A DNA stretch of 64,000 nucleotides, from assembly GCF_006345805.1 (NCBI RefSeq), contig NC_043005.1:75082001-75146000 (forward strand), written 5' to 3'. A model generated the notes under the pieces. It saw only the letters and a list, made by a program, of their open reading frames with translations. It ran no database searches and was not told the DNA's origin. The position numbers and the translations under genes are program-made. The DNA is from Octopus sinensis. Its lineage: Eukaryota. Positions 25,001-39,343 of the stretch are shown here, piece by piece (position 1 is the stretch's first letter; each line of letters starts with the position of its first letter).

Positions 25001-28000
25001 ATGGCTGTAACAGTATCTATAAAGGGGTGCTTTGAATCACGATGTAAGTATTTTGAACATATGGGTATCACTTCTGCTTCATTTATGTAGAGTTGCAATA
25101 TAACTTGAAGCAATTTGTGTATTGGTGGTATACTGTACTGGACTATATCACAACTAGAAAATGAAATGAATAACGAACAAAGATATTCCATAATGAGGTT
25201 TAAAATGATTGCTAACTCTAAACTACAGTGTTTGCTAGAAAACTATAATGTTTCCAGGGAGTTGAAAACATTTTCAATTGTAAAACTGTGAAAAAAGGAA
25301 TTGAACAAACCTCTGGTATTAATATTTATAATATAATAAAATGCGAAGTGAAAAAATAGGGTTAAAATACACTGTAAAATGACAGAAATATCTGCCCTGC
25401 TATCTTACTATATGCTGCCCCATAAAAATGAAAGTGTTTACCCTGTGAAAAGTGAAGATGAAAATGCTTTTTGCTTCACATGCATTTTTTTAGGAAATAG
25501 AATTATTAAAGAATGAATGTTATGCTAGAAAATGGATGTATTATATATGATTATTTTCATTCTATTAGGAAATAATCAATGTAAATTTAAAAACTTTCAG
25601 TGATAATTTCTTACATTTCATTGTCTTTCATTTCTATTTCAGCCACACCTATCCCAACAACAACACTCCGACCCACAACACAAACAGGTAAACTATTTCT
25701 CTTTCATAGAAATATTAGTGTTTTTGGATATTGTAATATTACTAATGATGGTCATTTTGTTGATTTCAATTTTATTTATTGATATTATTTTCTAGAATCC
25801 TGGTGTGTATTTAATGATGGTTTGGAAGATGCCTCATTTATAAGGGCCTGGGACATTAAATTATCAAGCAATGATAACAATCCTGATGCTATTCGCCCTG
25901 GCAGAAATGGTTGGAGACCAGATGAAGGTGATAATAAACGCACAGTAACAATGTTTGTTGGTGATGCTTTAAGATATGGTGCATCTATTCATCTATTACG
26001 AGCAGTAGGTGTTGCAAAGTTTGATGTTATTCTCAGTGGAGGAGAGAATAATAGATTTAAGGTGAGATTCAGTAAAGTAAATTTGCTATAACAATATTAT
26101 CACATTAAACACTTTATTGAAATAGTTCCATAAATTTTACCATTATTATCCAAACCTACAGAAACGCTGCTCTCAGGATAGTTTTCTGTTAGAATATGTC
26201 ATGTTTGCATGTAGGAAACAGCTGTGATGTGTATTTCTGCCAATATATATATATATGTGTGTTACGCACACACATTCATGCATATGTTGTCTTTTTCTCG
26301 CAGATATCATCTGATATCTGCAAAGTAATTGTCATATGATAAATAGACAGGGTATAAAATTTTGTACAAATATTCTCAAAGAGAAATTTTGAAATAACTT
26401 ATTTTTAATGAAATCAATTGAATGGAGGCAATGGAAAAGCAATAAAAATGAGTAGAGAGAGAGGTGGGGAGACTGTGTGTGTTGCAAAGTAGCACAGTGA
26501 ATGTGTCAGTGGGAAAGAGAAGCGAAAAGTATTAAAAGAAATGACAAAACAATGATTGTGATTGAAGTTTGTGTGAGAGAGAACAAAGACTGAAGAGGTG
26601 ATGTTGAAAAATTTAAGCATCAATATATTACATAAGAATTTTCTAAACACTTTAGACTTTAATGCTTTCTTTTGCTAAAAGTTACATAATTCCTACTAAG
26701 TAATACACAGATTCCTTAACCCAGTATAAAATATAGAGCCCTTTAAAATTGTTTATAACATAAATTATTATAGGGATATGAGATTTAAAGAATGCTTTAA
26801 AAATTGTTTGACTATATGCATATTTGTTATATTTTTGCCTTTCTTTCCAAATTACTTGTATAACTATGTATTTGTGGAGTGAAATGATCAAAAGATAGCT
26901 TGATATGATTTACATTGATAACCATAAAAAAATGTCTTTGAAAATCTTTGAAATATGCTATATGACAAGCATTTTGTAAAACAAATTGTACTTTTAATTT
27001 AGATGCAATGATAGTTTTATCTAAAACTGTTTATATCTGCATTACCTGTCTATCCAGAACAAGGAAAAGAAGAATTTATAAAAATTCCATATTATATTAG
27101 TCAGGAATCTTACAATATTCCTTACATGTTCCTCTCTCATCCATGATAGCTTTAGGCTTTTAATTAGTTCATCTAGTGTCATCTAGCAAATGGTTAACTT
27201 AGTTTTTTTAATTAGTACTAAAGAAAGCATGTCACCTAGCAGGTGGTTAATTTAACTTTTTATTAGTCTTTCACTTCTGTTTACCATGTACTAAAGAAAT
27301 CAGTGGACTTTAAAAAATTACTCAGGCTTTACTGTTTCGGAGGAAAAAATGTAGTAGATGTCCTGCCAAGAACATCACAGATCCAGATTATTCTGACAAC
27401 TTGGCAATACTCAATGATCAAATGAAAGATGCCAATATCTCCCTATATGATCTGGAGAAAAAAGCCAGAAAAATTGTTCCACATATCAATGCTATTAAGA
27501 CAGAATACATATCTTAGGAAAGCTTGCATTCTTTGAATGGAGAAGAAATGTAAAAAAATAGAGAACTACAAATGTATTGTAAGTCATATTTCTAAATCCA
27601 AGATTGGTACAGACATGAGAATTAGTAAAGCATGGTGAGTACTTAAGTGATATTACATTAAACATAGTGAAAATACCAACAACTACTATTTTTTCTCTTT
27701 GTTTATCTAAAGCTTCCTTATCTCTGTTTTTTTTCTGTATCCAGAACATTGAAAAGGATGCTGTTGTTAAAATTCCATTTGGAACAACATCAGACACAGT
27801 GAAAATCCATTTTGTTTCTGATTCACCAAACTGCAAAATGATAGTTACAGTATCTTTCAAAGGTTGTTTTGAATCAAGGTGTAAGTATAATGCAAAACTA
27901 CAATCAAAAGTATCATGTCATATATATGAGAATTATTTACAATATGCTGGTGCCACATTAAAAGCATTCATACTGGTGCAACGTAAAAACCAGCCATGCT

Positions 28001-31000
28001 GGTGCCATGTAAGTTGCACCCATACTAGTACCATGTAAAAAGTACCCAGGACTGTAAAATGGTTGGCATCAGGAAGGGCATCCAGCTGTAGAAAACATGC
28101 CAAACCAGACAGATGGAGTTTGGTGCAGCTCTCCAGCTTGCCAGCTCCTGTCAAACCATTCAACCTGTGTCAGCATGGAAAATGGATGTTAAATGATGAT
28201 GATGATGATGACGATGACAATGGTGATTTACTTATCTCTTGGCTGTTTCAATAATTATTACAAAACAATTTAAACAGAACATTATAGTGAATAATTCAAT
28301 CATCTGCACCATCAGCTTCAAAGTTTCCTTAAGCATTAATAATTCTATGATCATAAGATTCGTTAGTATGTTCATAATTAACTTTATGAATATTTAGTAA
28401 TAACAAAAACTTTTCATTAAATAAATTAACAAATATCATGTATAAAAATATTGCATTTGATTGTGAATTAATATTATAAAAGGGAAATTGAATTTATCTT
28501 TTTCTTCTGTTATAAAATTTACATGCATAAGGAATATATTTTCATAATATAGTGTTCAGTTTGTATTTTAAAATGGAAGCAATTAGTAACATACAATTCT
28601 TACAAATTTAGCTAATATTAAATTTCCAAACATCTATTATAACTTCTATTTCACCCTTTTTTCATATAGCAACAACACCAGTACCAACAACAATTCTTCC
28701 TACAACCACACCTCTGCCAACAAGTAAGTGATGAGATTTATTACTTAAAGTAATTAAAAATAATGAAGATATATATTTGAATGTTAATTTCCAAAGAATA
28801 TTTTATGAAATAATTCATGTAAATTTGTAAATTCAGTATAATGGATGGTATATGAAATTTTGTTTCCTTTCATTTTTATCTTAGCCACACCTATTCCAAC
28901 AACAACACTACAACCAACAACACGGACTGGTAAGAATTTTTCCTAAATTTTGAAATATTCCATGAAGACTCATAAAAATGCTTATATAATTAACTGTTTA
29001 TTTATTTTCTTTTTATCTTTTTGCTAATTGCAATTCACTCATGGATACTGTTTTCTAGAATCCTGGTGTGTATTCAATGATGGTTTGGAAGATGCCTCAT
29101 TAATCAGGGCCTGGGACATTAAATTATCAAGCAATGATAAAAATCCAGATGCTATTCGCCCTGGCAGAAATGGTTGGAGACCAGATGAAGGTGATAATAA
29201 ACGCACAGTAACAATGTTTGTTGGTGATGCTTTAAGATATGGTGCATCTATTCATCTATTACGAGCTGTAGGTGTTGCAAAGTTCGATGTTATTCTCAGT
29301 GGAGGAGAGAATAATAGATTTAAGGTGAGTTTCGGTGAGGTAAATTTACTATATCAATATTATCACATTAAACACTTACCAGCCTCCCCTCTCTGTGCTA
29401 GCGATATTATCCAAGGAAGAGGCATAGACCAATACAGCATAGCACCAGTGATGTCACAACCCATTTCTACAGCTGAGTAAACTGGAGCAACATGAAATAA
29501 AGTGTCTTCCTCAAGAACACAATACACAGCTCGGTCTGGGTATCGAACTCAGTACCTCATGATTGTGAGCCTGACATTCTAACCACTGAGCCATCTTGGA
29601 AATATACAATGTGAAATCATTTTGTGAACCAATTATTTTTCATATTTTGCAGTAATAATAGTTTGTCTAATGCTGTTTATATCTGCAATGAAAAGAAGGT
29701 TTTATTAAAATTCCATTTTATACAGTTACCAGATCCAGAATCTTTCAGTATTCTTGACACAAGCCTTCCATTTGTCTCTCTCATTTTCAAACACTTGGTT
29801 AATGCATCCAGTGTCTTCTAGTAATTGTTTGATGTGATTTTTTTGCTGGTCTGTCTCTTTCCTGTTTAGCATGTACAAAAGAAAGCACTGACTGAAAATA
29901 TCATAGGGTTTCGGCTCTTTCAAAGAAAGCAAGTGATGTCTATCTGGCCAAGAACATTACAGATCCAGATTAGTCTGATGACCTGACAATTATTAGGGAT
30001 CAAATGAAAAATGCCAATATCCTTCTGCATGCTCTGGAGAAAAATGCCAGTGAATTTGTACTATATATTAATGCTACTAAGACAGAATATATTTCTTACA
30101 ACCAATAAGAATTTATAATAATAATAATAATGAAATTATTGTATACAGTGCTCAGGTGCACCACAACTTGTCAAAAGTGCATATAAAGTATATTCAGTAA
30201 TGTACAAATGTCTGGAAAGTGAACAGTGTATGAGTCAGATACATGCTTGTGTGTGTATGGAGGGGAGAAAATCAGGTGTAGTGTTGGCAAATCTCAGGAA
30301 GCATGGAAGTTTTGAAGGATGCAGTGCTCCAACAACTAACAACTGATGCCAGCAGTTTGTTCCATACTTCAGCAACTCTTAGCATGAAAAAATGCTTCCG
30401 AATGTCATGGGAGCTGTGCTGTTTTCTGACTTTGTAAACATGTCCATGAGTGTTAGACAGGTGGAGTTTGAAAAGGTGCTCAGAGTTATTGTTAGTAAGA
30501 TGGTTAATAATTTTATGGGTGTCTGCCAAGTCAGCTGCCAGATGTCAGAGTTTCAATGTATCTATGCCCTGGGAATAAGGCATTCAGAATATGGCAAATG
30601 CCTGATGGAGGGTATTCTCTTTGTTGCACGTCGCTGAACAATTTCCAGACGATTAATATCCTGGGTAAGATAGGGGTTCCAGATTGTACTCTCTAAATGG
30701 AGAAAAATCAAAAATGCAGAGAAATATAAATACCATCTATGTCATATGTCTGTTATAGAAATCAGGATAAGTAAAGCATGGGGCATGTTTAAATGATATT
30801 ACATTAAACACAGGGAAATTTCCAGTGACTTCTATTTTCCTTTGTTTATCTAAAGCTTCCTTATCTCTAATTTTTTTCTGTATCCAGAACATTGAAAAGG
30901 GTGCTGTTGTTAAAATTCCATTTGGAACAACATCAGACACAGTGAAAATCCATTTTGTTTCTGATTCACCAAATTGCAAAATGATAGTTACAGTATCTTT

Positions 31001-31672
31001 CAAAGGTTGTTTTGAATCAAGGTGTAAGTATAAAGATAAACATTTGCTGAAATTTCCTTCTCATAAATCTCACTATTTTTACAAAGTTTTCTCACCCGTT
31101 GACTTTTTCAATAATTAGAACAAAACAAATTAAATAGAACACTATAAGGAACAATTTAATCATTCTACATCACCATCCTCAAAGTTTCATTAAGCATTAA
31201 TGATTTTATATTGATAAGATTCATTATAAATTTATAATTACATACTAATAACAAAAACTTCAGATTGAATAAATTTTTGCAAATGTGATATATAAAACTA
31301 CTATATTTCATTGTGAATACATATAAAAGTTGCTATGAATATATTCTTCTTGTTTTTATTATAAAATTTATATTCTTAAGGAATAGGTTATCATAATTTT
31401 GTTTGTATCTTAAAAAGGAAACAATTTCTGTTATACAACTCTTATAAATTTAGCTAATATTAACCTTCCAGGTATATAGTTGAGATTATTTTTATAACTC
31501 AAATGCTGTTTGTATGTCTTTATTTTTTTCCATTTGACATAATACTTCTTATGCTAACTTCTAGTTTACCCTTTGTTTACATAGCAACAACACCACTACC
31601 AACAACAATACTTCCAACAACCACACCTCTGCCAACAAGTAAGTGAAATCTTTCATTTTTTCATATATATTT

Positions 31673-31720
<48 letters not shown>

Positions 31721-33597
31721 GTCAATAAAAATGCTTCAAGATATATTGCATTTGATGGGTTGCACATGACATTTTGTTTTCTTTCATTTCTATTTCAGCC
31801 ACAATTATTCCAACGACAACACTCCGACCCACAACACAGACAGGTAAACTATTTCTGATCCCATGATACCTCATTTTTGTTGAAATTTGAAATAATAATT
31901 ATAAAAATAATGGTATTTTTTTGATTGCATTTTATTGATATTGTTTTCTAGAATCCTGGTGTGTATTTAATGATGGTTTGGAAGATGCCTCATTGATAAG
32001 GGCCTGGGATATTAAATTGTCAAGCAATGCTGAAAATCCTGATGCTATTCGCCCTGGCAGAAAAGGTTGGAAACCAGATGAAGGTGATAATAAACGTACA
32101 GTAACAATGTTTGTTGGTGATGCTTTAAGATATGGTGCATCTATTCATTTATTACGAGCAGTAGGTGTTGCAAAGTTTGATGTTATTCTCAGTGGAGGAG
32201 AGAATAAGAGATTTAAGGTGAGTTTCAATGAGTGAATACACACCTCATTAAAATTGTTTATAACATGAATTTTAGTAAAAATATGAGGTATAAATAATAC
32301 TTTATAAATTATGTTCCAGTATGTGCAAAGGGGATTTGTTATATATTTTATCTTTCTCCTCAAATTAATTGTATAACGACATATTTATGGAGAGAAATGA
32401 CCAAAAACTAACTTCATATAATTTACATTGATGGCATTTTATAAATGTGGGAGTCTTGGAAATATATACTGTGAAAGTATTTTGTGAAGCCAATTATACT
32501 TATTATTTAGGTGTGATAATAATATCGTTCATAATGATCAAAAGTAAAATTAATAAAATTTCCATATGACAGTGCATAAGATGGTATCATAGATTGAGAT
32601 TTTGTTCTCATTCTTGGCTCATATCTTTCGTTTGCCACCCATTCTTAAACATTTGCTGTCATCTAGCAATTGTTTCATGTAGTTATTTTGCTGGTCTACC
32701 ACTTCCTACTTTACCAAAGATAGAGCTTGACTGAAAACATCATGAAGTTTGACACTTTCATAGAAAAGAAATAGCAGATATTTTGCCAAAACAAATTAAG
32801 CATAATGATTATACTGACAATGAAGAAAGTCAATATCTCCATATTTGCTCTGGAGAAAAGTGCCTCTGAAATTGTACTATGTAGCAATGCTACTAACCTA
32901 GAATGTATTTCTTACAAGCAATATGTAACTGAAAGCTTGCACTCTATGAACGGAGAAAAAAATGCAGAGAAATTTATATGTCCATTTCCGAGTCTGTTAT
33001 AGAAATCAGGATAAATAATGCATGGGACACACTTCAATGATATTACATTACACACTGTGAAACATTCCAATGACTTCTACTTCCTTTGTTTAAAGCTTCC
33101 TTATCTCTAATTTTCTTCTGTATCCAGAATATTGAAAAGGATGCTGTTGTTAAAATTCCATTTGGAACAACATCAGACACAGTGAAAATCCATTTTGTTT
33201 CTGATTCACCAAACTGCAAAATGATAGTTACAGTATCTTTCAAAGGTTGTTTTGAATCAGGGTGTAAGTATAAAGAAAAACTATTACCAAAATTTTCTTA
33301 TCATAAATATCATTTTTTGCAATATTTACTTATCTGTTGACTGTTTCACTAATTATTGCAAAACAAATTAAACAGAACATTATAATGAATAATTTAATCA
33401 TTGTGCATCATCATGAAAGGTTCATTACATATTAATCACAGGAGCGAGTGTGTGGTAAGTAGCTTGCTTACCAACCACATGGTTCCAGATTCAGTCCTAC
33501 TGCGTGACACTTTGGGCAAGTGTCTTCTACTATAGCCTCGGGCCAACCAAAGCCTTGTGAGTGAATTTGGTGGATGGAAACTGAAAGAAGCCCGTCG

Positions 33598-33628
<31 letters not shown>

Positions 33629-33632
33629 TTAT

Positions 33633-33698
<66 letters not shown>

Positions 33699-36677
33699 AT
33701 ATGTTTGTGTGTCTATGTTTGTCTCCTCACCATTGCTTGACAAACAATGCTGGTGTGTTTACGTCCCCATAATTTAGCGGTTCGGCAAAAAGAAAACAAT
33801 AGAATAAGTACTAGGCTTACAAAGAATAAGTCCTGAGATCGATTTGCTCGACTAAAGGCAGTGCTCCAGCATGGCCGCAATCATATGACTGAAACAAGTA
33901 AAAGAGTAAGAGTATAAGATTTGTTAATAAGTTTATAAATAACTCTGTAAATACTTATTAAGAACAAAAACTTCAGATTGAATAAAGTTTTACTAATATA
34001 ATGTATAAAAATCTTACATTTCTTTGTGAATGCATATAAAAGCTGCTCTGAATTTGTTTCCTTTTGTTTCTATTATAATATGCACATAATTAAGGAATAT
34101 ATTTTCATAATATAGTGTTCAGATTGTGTTTGAAAATTGAAGCAATTGGAAACGTGAAATTATAAATTTAGCTAATATTAACCTTCCAGGTATATAGTTG
34201 AAATTATTTTTATAACTCAAATGCTGTTTATATGTCTTTATTTTTTTCCCATTTGACATAACACTTCTTATACTAACTTCTATTTTACCCTTTGTTTACA
34301 TAGCAACAACACCACTACCAACAACAGTGCTTCCAACAACCACACCTCTGCCAACAAGTAAGTGAAATCTTTAATTTCTTCATATATATGTGTGTGCGTG
34401 TGTGTATATTAAAGTCAATAAAAATACTTCAAGATATATTGCATTTGATGGTTTGTTAGCAAACCATATTTTATCAAACATTTGATGTAAATTTATATAC
34501 TACATTTGATGGGTTGTACATGACATTTTGTTTTCTTTCATTTCCATTTCAGCCACAATTATTCCAACGACAACACTCCAACCCACAACACAAACAGGTA
34601 AACTATTTCTGATCTCAAGATGTCACATTTTTGTTGAAATTTGAAATAATAATTATAAAATTAATGGCATTTTCTTCATTGCATTTTATTGATATTGTTT
34701 TCTAGAATCCTGGTGTGTATTCAATGATGGTTTGGAAGATGCCTCATTGATAAGGGCCTGGGACATTAAATTATCAAGCAATGATGAAAATCCTGATGCT
34801 ATTCGCCCTGGCAGAAAAGGTTGGAAACCAGATGAAGGTGATAATAAACGTACAGTAACAATGTTTGTTGGTGATGCTTTAAGATATGGTGCATCTATTC
34901 ATTTATTACGAGCAGTAGGTGTTGCAAAGTTTGATGTCATTCTCAGTGGAGGAGAGAATAATAGATTTAAGGTGAGTTTCAATGAGTGAATACACACCTC
35001 ATTAAAATTGTTTATAACATGAATTTTAGTAAAAATATTAGATTTAAAGAATGCTTTATAAAATATGTTCCAGTATATGCAAAGATGATTTGCTATATTT
35101 TTTTATCTGTCTCATCAAATTACTAATATAACCACATATTTATGGAGTGAAATGACCAAAAACTGGCTTGATATAATTTACACAGATGACATTTTATAAA
35201 TGTGAGAATCTTGAAAATATATAGAGTGAAAGTATTTTGTGAAGACAATTATATTTATTATTTTGCTGTGATAATAATGTCGTTCATAATTATGAAGAGT
35301 AAAAATGATGAAAGTTCCATATGATAGTACATAAGATAGTATCATAGATTGAGATTTTGTTCTCATTCTTGGCACACAACTTTCCTTTGTCTGTCACCCA
35401 TTTTCAAGCATTTACAGTCATCTAGCAATTGTTTCATGTAGTTTTTTTTGGTCTAGCACTTACTACTTTACCAAAGATAGTGCTTGACTGAAAACATCAT
35501 GAAGTTTGACTCTTTTATAGAAAAGACATGGCAGATATTTTGCCTAAACAAATTAAGCATAATAATTTTTGCTGACAATCTGGTAGCATTCAGTTACCAT
35601 ATGAAAGATGTCAATATCCCTGTATTTCTCTGGAGAAAAGTTCCTGTGAAATTGTACAATGCAGCAATGCTACTAACCCAGAATGTATTTCTTACAACCA
35701 ATATGTAATTGAAAGCTTGCACTTTATGAACAGAGTGGGGGAAAAAAGCAGAGAAATTTATATGTCCATTTCCGAGTCTGTTATAGAAATCAGGATAAAT
35801 AATGCATGGGACATACTTCAATGATATTACATTACACACTGTGAAACATTCCAATGACTTCTACTTCCTTTATTTGAAGCTTCCTTATCTCTAATTTTCT
35901 TCTGTATCCAGAACATTGAAAAGGATGCTGTTGTTAAAATTCCATTTGGAACAACATCAGACACAGTGAAAATCCATTTTGTTTCTGATTCACCAAATTG
36001 CAAAATGATAGTTACAGTATCTTTCAAAGGTTGTTTTGAATCAGGGTGTAAGTATAAAGCAAAACTATTGCCAAAATTTTCTTGTCATAAATATCATTTT
36101 TTGCAATATTTACTCATCTGTTGACTGTTTCACTAATTATTACAAAACAAATTAAATAGAGCATTATAATGAATAATTTAATCATTGTGCATCATCATGA
36201 AAGCTTCATTACACATTAATCATTTTATGATTATAAGATTTGTTAATAAGTTTATAAATAACTCTGTAAATATTTATTAAGAACAAAAACTTCAGATTGA
36301 ATAAAGTTTTGCTAATATAATATATAAAAATCTTACATTTCTTTGTGACTGCATATAAAAGTTGAACTGAATTTGTTCCTTTAATATTTTTTCATAATAT
36401 AGTGTTTAGATTGTATTTTAAAATGGAAGCAATTGGAAACGTGATATTATAAATTTAGCTAATATTAATCTTTCCAGATATATATAGTTGAAATTATTTT
36501 TATAACTCAAATGCTGTTCATATGTTTTATTTTTCTATTAGACATAACACTTCTTATGCTAACTACTATTTTACCCTTTGTTTACATAGCAACAACACCA
36601 CTACCCACAACAGTACTTCCAACAACCACACTTCTGCCAACAAGTAAGTGAAATCTTTTATTTCTTCATATATATTT

Positions 36678-36710
<33 letters not shown>

Positions 36711-39295
36711 CATGCATATATACATATATATATATATTAAAGTTGATAAAAATGCTTCAAGATATATTACATTTGATGGTTTATTAACAAACAATATTTT
36801 ATCAAACTAATTAGAAATATTGAATTTCTAAATGTCTCAAAGAAACATGAGCGGTGGTGGAGTGATAGAGTGGTTGTGTAAAGTCAACATAACATGACAG
36901 TCCCGTAGAGCGAATTACACCACTGCTATATAACCCTAGGAAGCATCGACGCTTCCTGTCCACTTTGACACATTTCCTGTGTCCTTATATTTGCAAAGGG
37001 AAGGCAAGCACCCCCACCAGCTAGTTATGTTGACTTTACACAACCACTCAATTTTATCAAACATTTGATGTAAATTTATATACTACATTTGATGGATCAT
37101 ACTTGAAATTTTGTTTTCTTTCATTTTTATTTTAGCCACAATTATTCCAACGACAACACTCCAACCCACAACACAAACAGGTAAACTATTTCTGATCCCA
37201 TGATACCTCACTTTTGTTGAAATTTGAAATAATAATTATAAAAATAATGATATTTTCTTTATTGCATTTTATTTATTGACATTGTTTTCTAGAATCCTGG
37301 TGTGTATTCAATGATGGTTTGGAAGATGCCTCATTGATAAGGGCCTGGGACATTAAATTATCAAGCAATGATGAAAATCCTGATGCTATTCGCCCTGGCA
37401 GAAAAGGTTGGAAACCAGATGAAGGTGATACGAAGCGCACAGTAACAATGTTTGTTGGTGATGCTTTAAGATATGGTGCATCTATTCATTTATTACGAGC
37501 AGTAGGTGTTGCAAAGTTTGATGTCATTCTCAGTGGAGGAGAGAATAATAGATTTAAGGTGAGTTTCAAAGAGTGAATACACACATCTCATTAAAATTGT
37601 TTATAACATAAATTTTAGTAAAAATATGAGATATAAAGAATACTTTATAAAATGTGTTCCAGTATATGCAAAGGTGATTTGTTATATTTTTTTATCTGTC
37701 TCCTCAAATTACTTGTATTTATGGAGAGACATATTTATGGAGAGAAATGACCAAAAACTGGCTTGGTATAATTTACACAGATGACATTTAATAAATGTGA
37801 GAGCTTTGGAAATATATAATGTGAAAGTATTTTGTGAAGCCAATTATACTTATTATTTAGGTGTGATAATAATATCGTTCATAATGATGAAAAGTAAAAG
37901 TGATAAAAGTTCCATATGATAGTACATAAGATGGTATCATAGATTGAGATTTTGTTCTCATTCTTGGCACACATCTTTCCTTTGTTACCCATTCTTAAGC
38001 ATTTACTGTTATCTAGCAATTTTTACATGTAGTTTTTTTGCTGGTCTAGCACTTACTACTTTACCAAAGATAGCGCTTAACTGAAAACATCATGACGTTT
38101 GACTCTTTCATAGAAAAGAAATTGCAGATATTTTGCCAAAACAAATTAAGCATAATTATGCTGACAATCTGGTAGTAATCAGTTACCATATGAAGGATGT
38201 CAATATCCCTGTATTTGCTCTGGAGAAAAGTGCCTCTGAAATTGTACTATGTAGCAATGCTACTAACCCAGAATGTATTTCTTACAACCAATATGTAACT
38301 GAAAGCTTGCACTCTATGAACAGAAGGGAGGAAAAAAAGCAGAGAAATTTATATGTCCATTTCCGAGTCTGTTATAGAAATCAGGATAAATAATGCATGG
38401 GACACACTTCAATGATATTACATTGAACACAGGGAAAAATTCCAATGACTTCTACTTCCTTTGTTTAAAGCTTTCTTATCTCTAATTTTCTTCTGTATCC
38501 AGAACATTGAAAAGGATGCTGTTGTTAAAATTCCATTTGGAACAACATCAGACACAGTGAAAATCCATTTTGTTTCTGATTCACCAAATTGCAAAATGAT
38601 AGTTACAGTATCTTTCAAAGGTTGTTTTGAATCAGGGTGTAAGTATAAAGCAAAACTATTGCCAAAATTTTCTTGTCATAAATATCATTTTTTGCAATAT
38701 TTACTCATCTGTTGACTGTTTCACTAATTATTACAAAACAAATTAAATAGAGCATTATAATGAATAATTTAATCATTGTGCATCATCATGAAAGCTTCAT
38801 TACATATTAATCATTTTATGATTATAAGATTTGTTAATAAGTTTATAAATAACTCTGTAAATATTTATTAAGAACAAAAACTTCAGACTGAATTAAGTTT
38901 TACTAATATAATATATAAAAATCTTACATTTCTTTGTGACTGCATATAAAAGCTGAACTGAATTTGTTCCTTTTGCTTCTATTATAATATTTACATAATT
39001 AAATATATTTTCATAATATAGTGTTCAGATTGTATTTTAAAATGGAAGCAATTGGAAATGTGAAATTATATATTTAGCTAATATTAAACTTTCCAGATAT
39101 ATACAGTGGAAATTATTTTTATAACTCAAATGCTGTTCATATGTTTTATTTTTCTATTAGACATAACACTTCTTATACTAACTTCTATTTTACCCTTTGT
39201 TTATATAGCCACAACACCACTACCCACAACAGTGCTTCCAACAACCACACTTCTGCCAACAAGTAAGTGAAATCTTTTATTTCTTCATATATATT

Positions 39296-39343
<48 letters not shown>

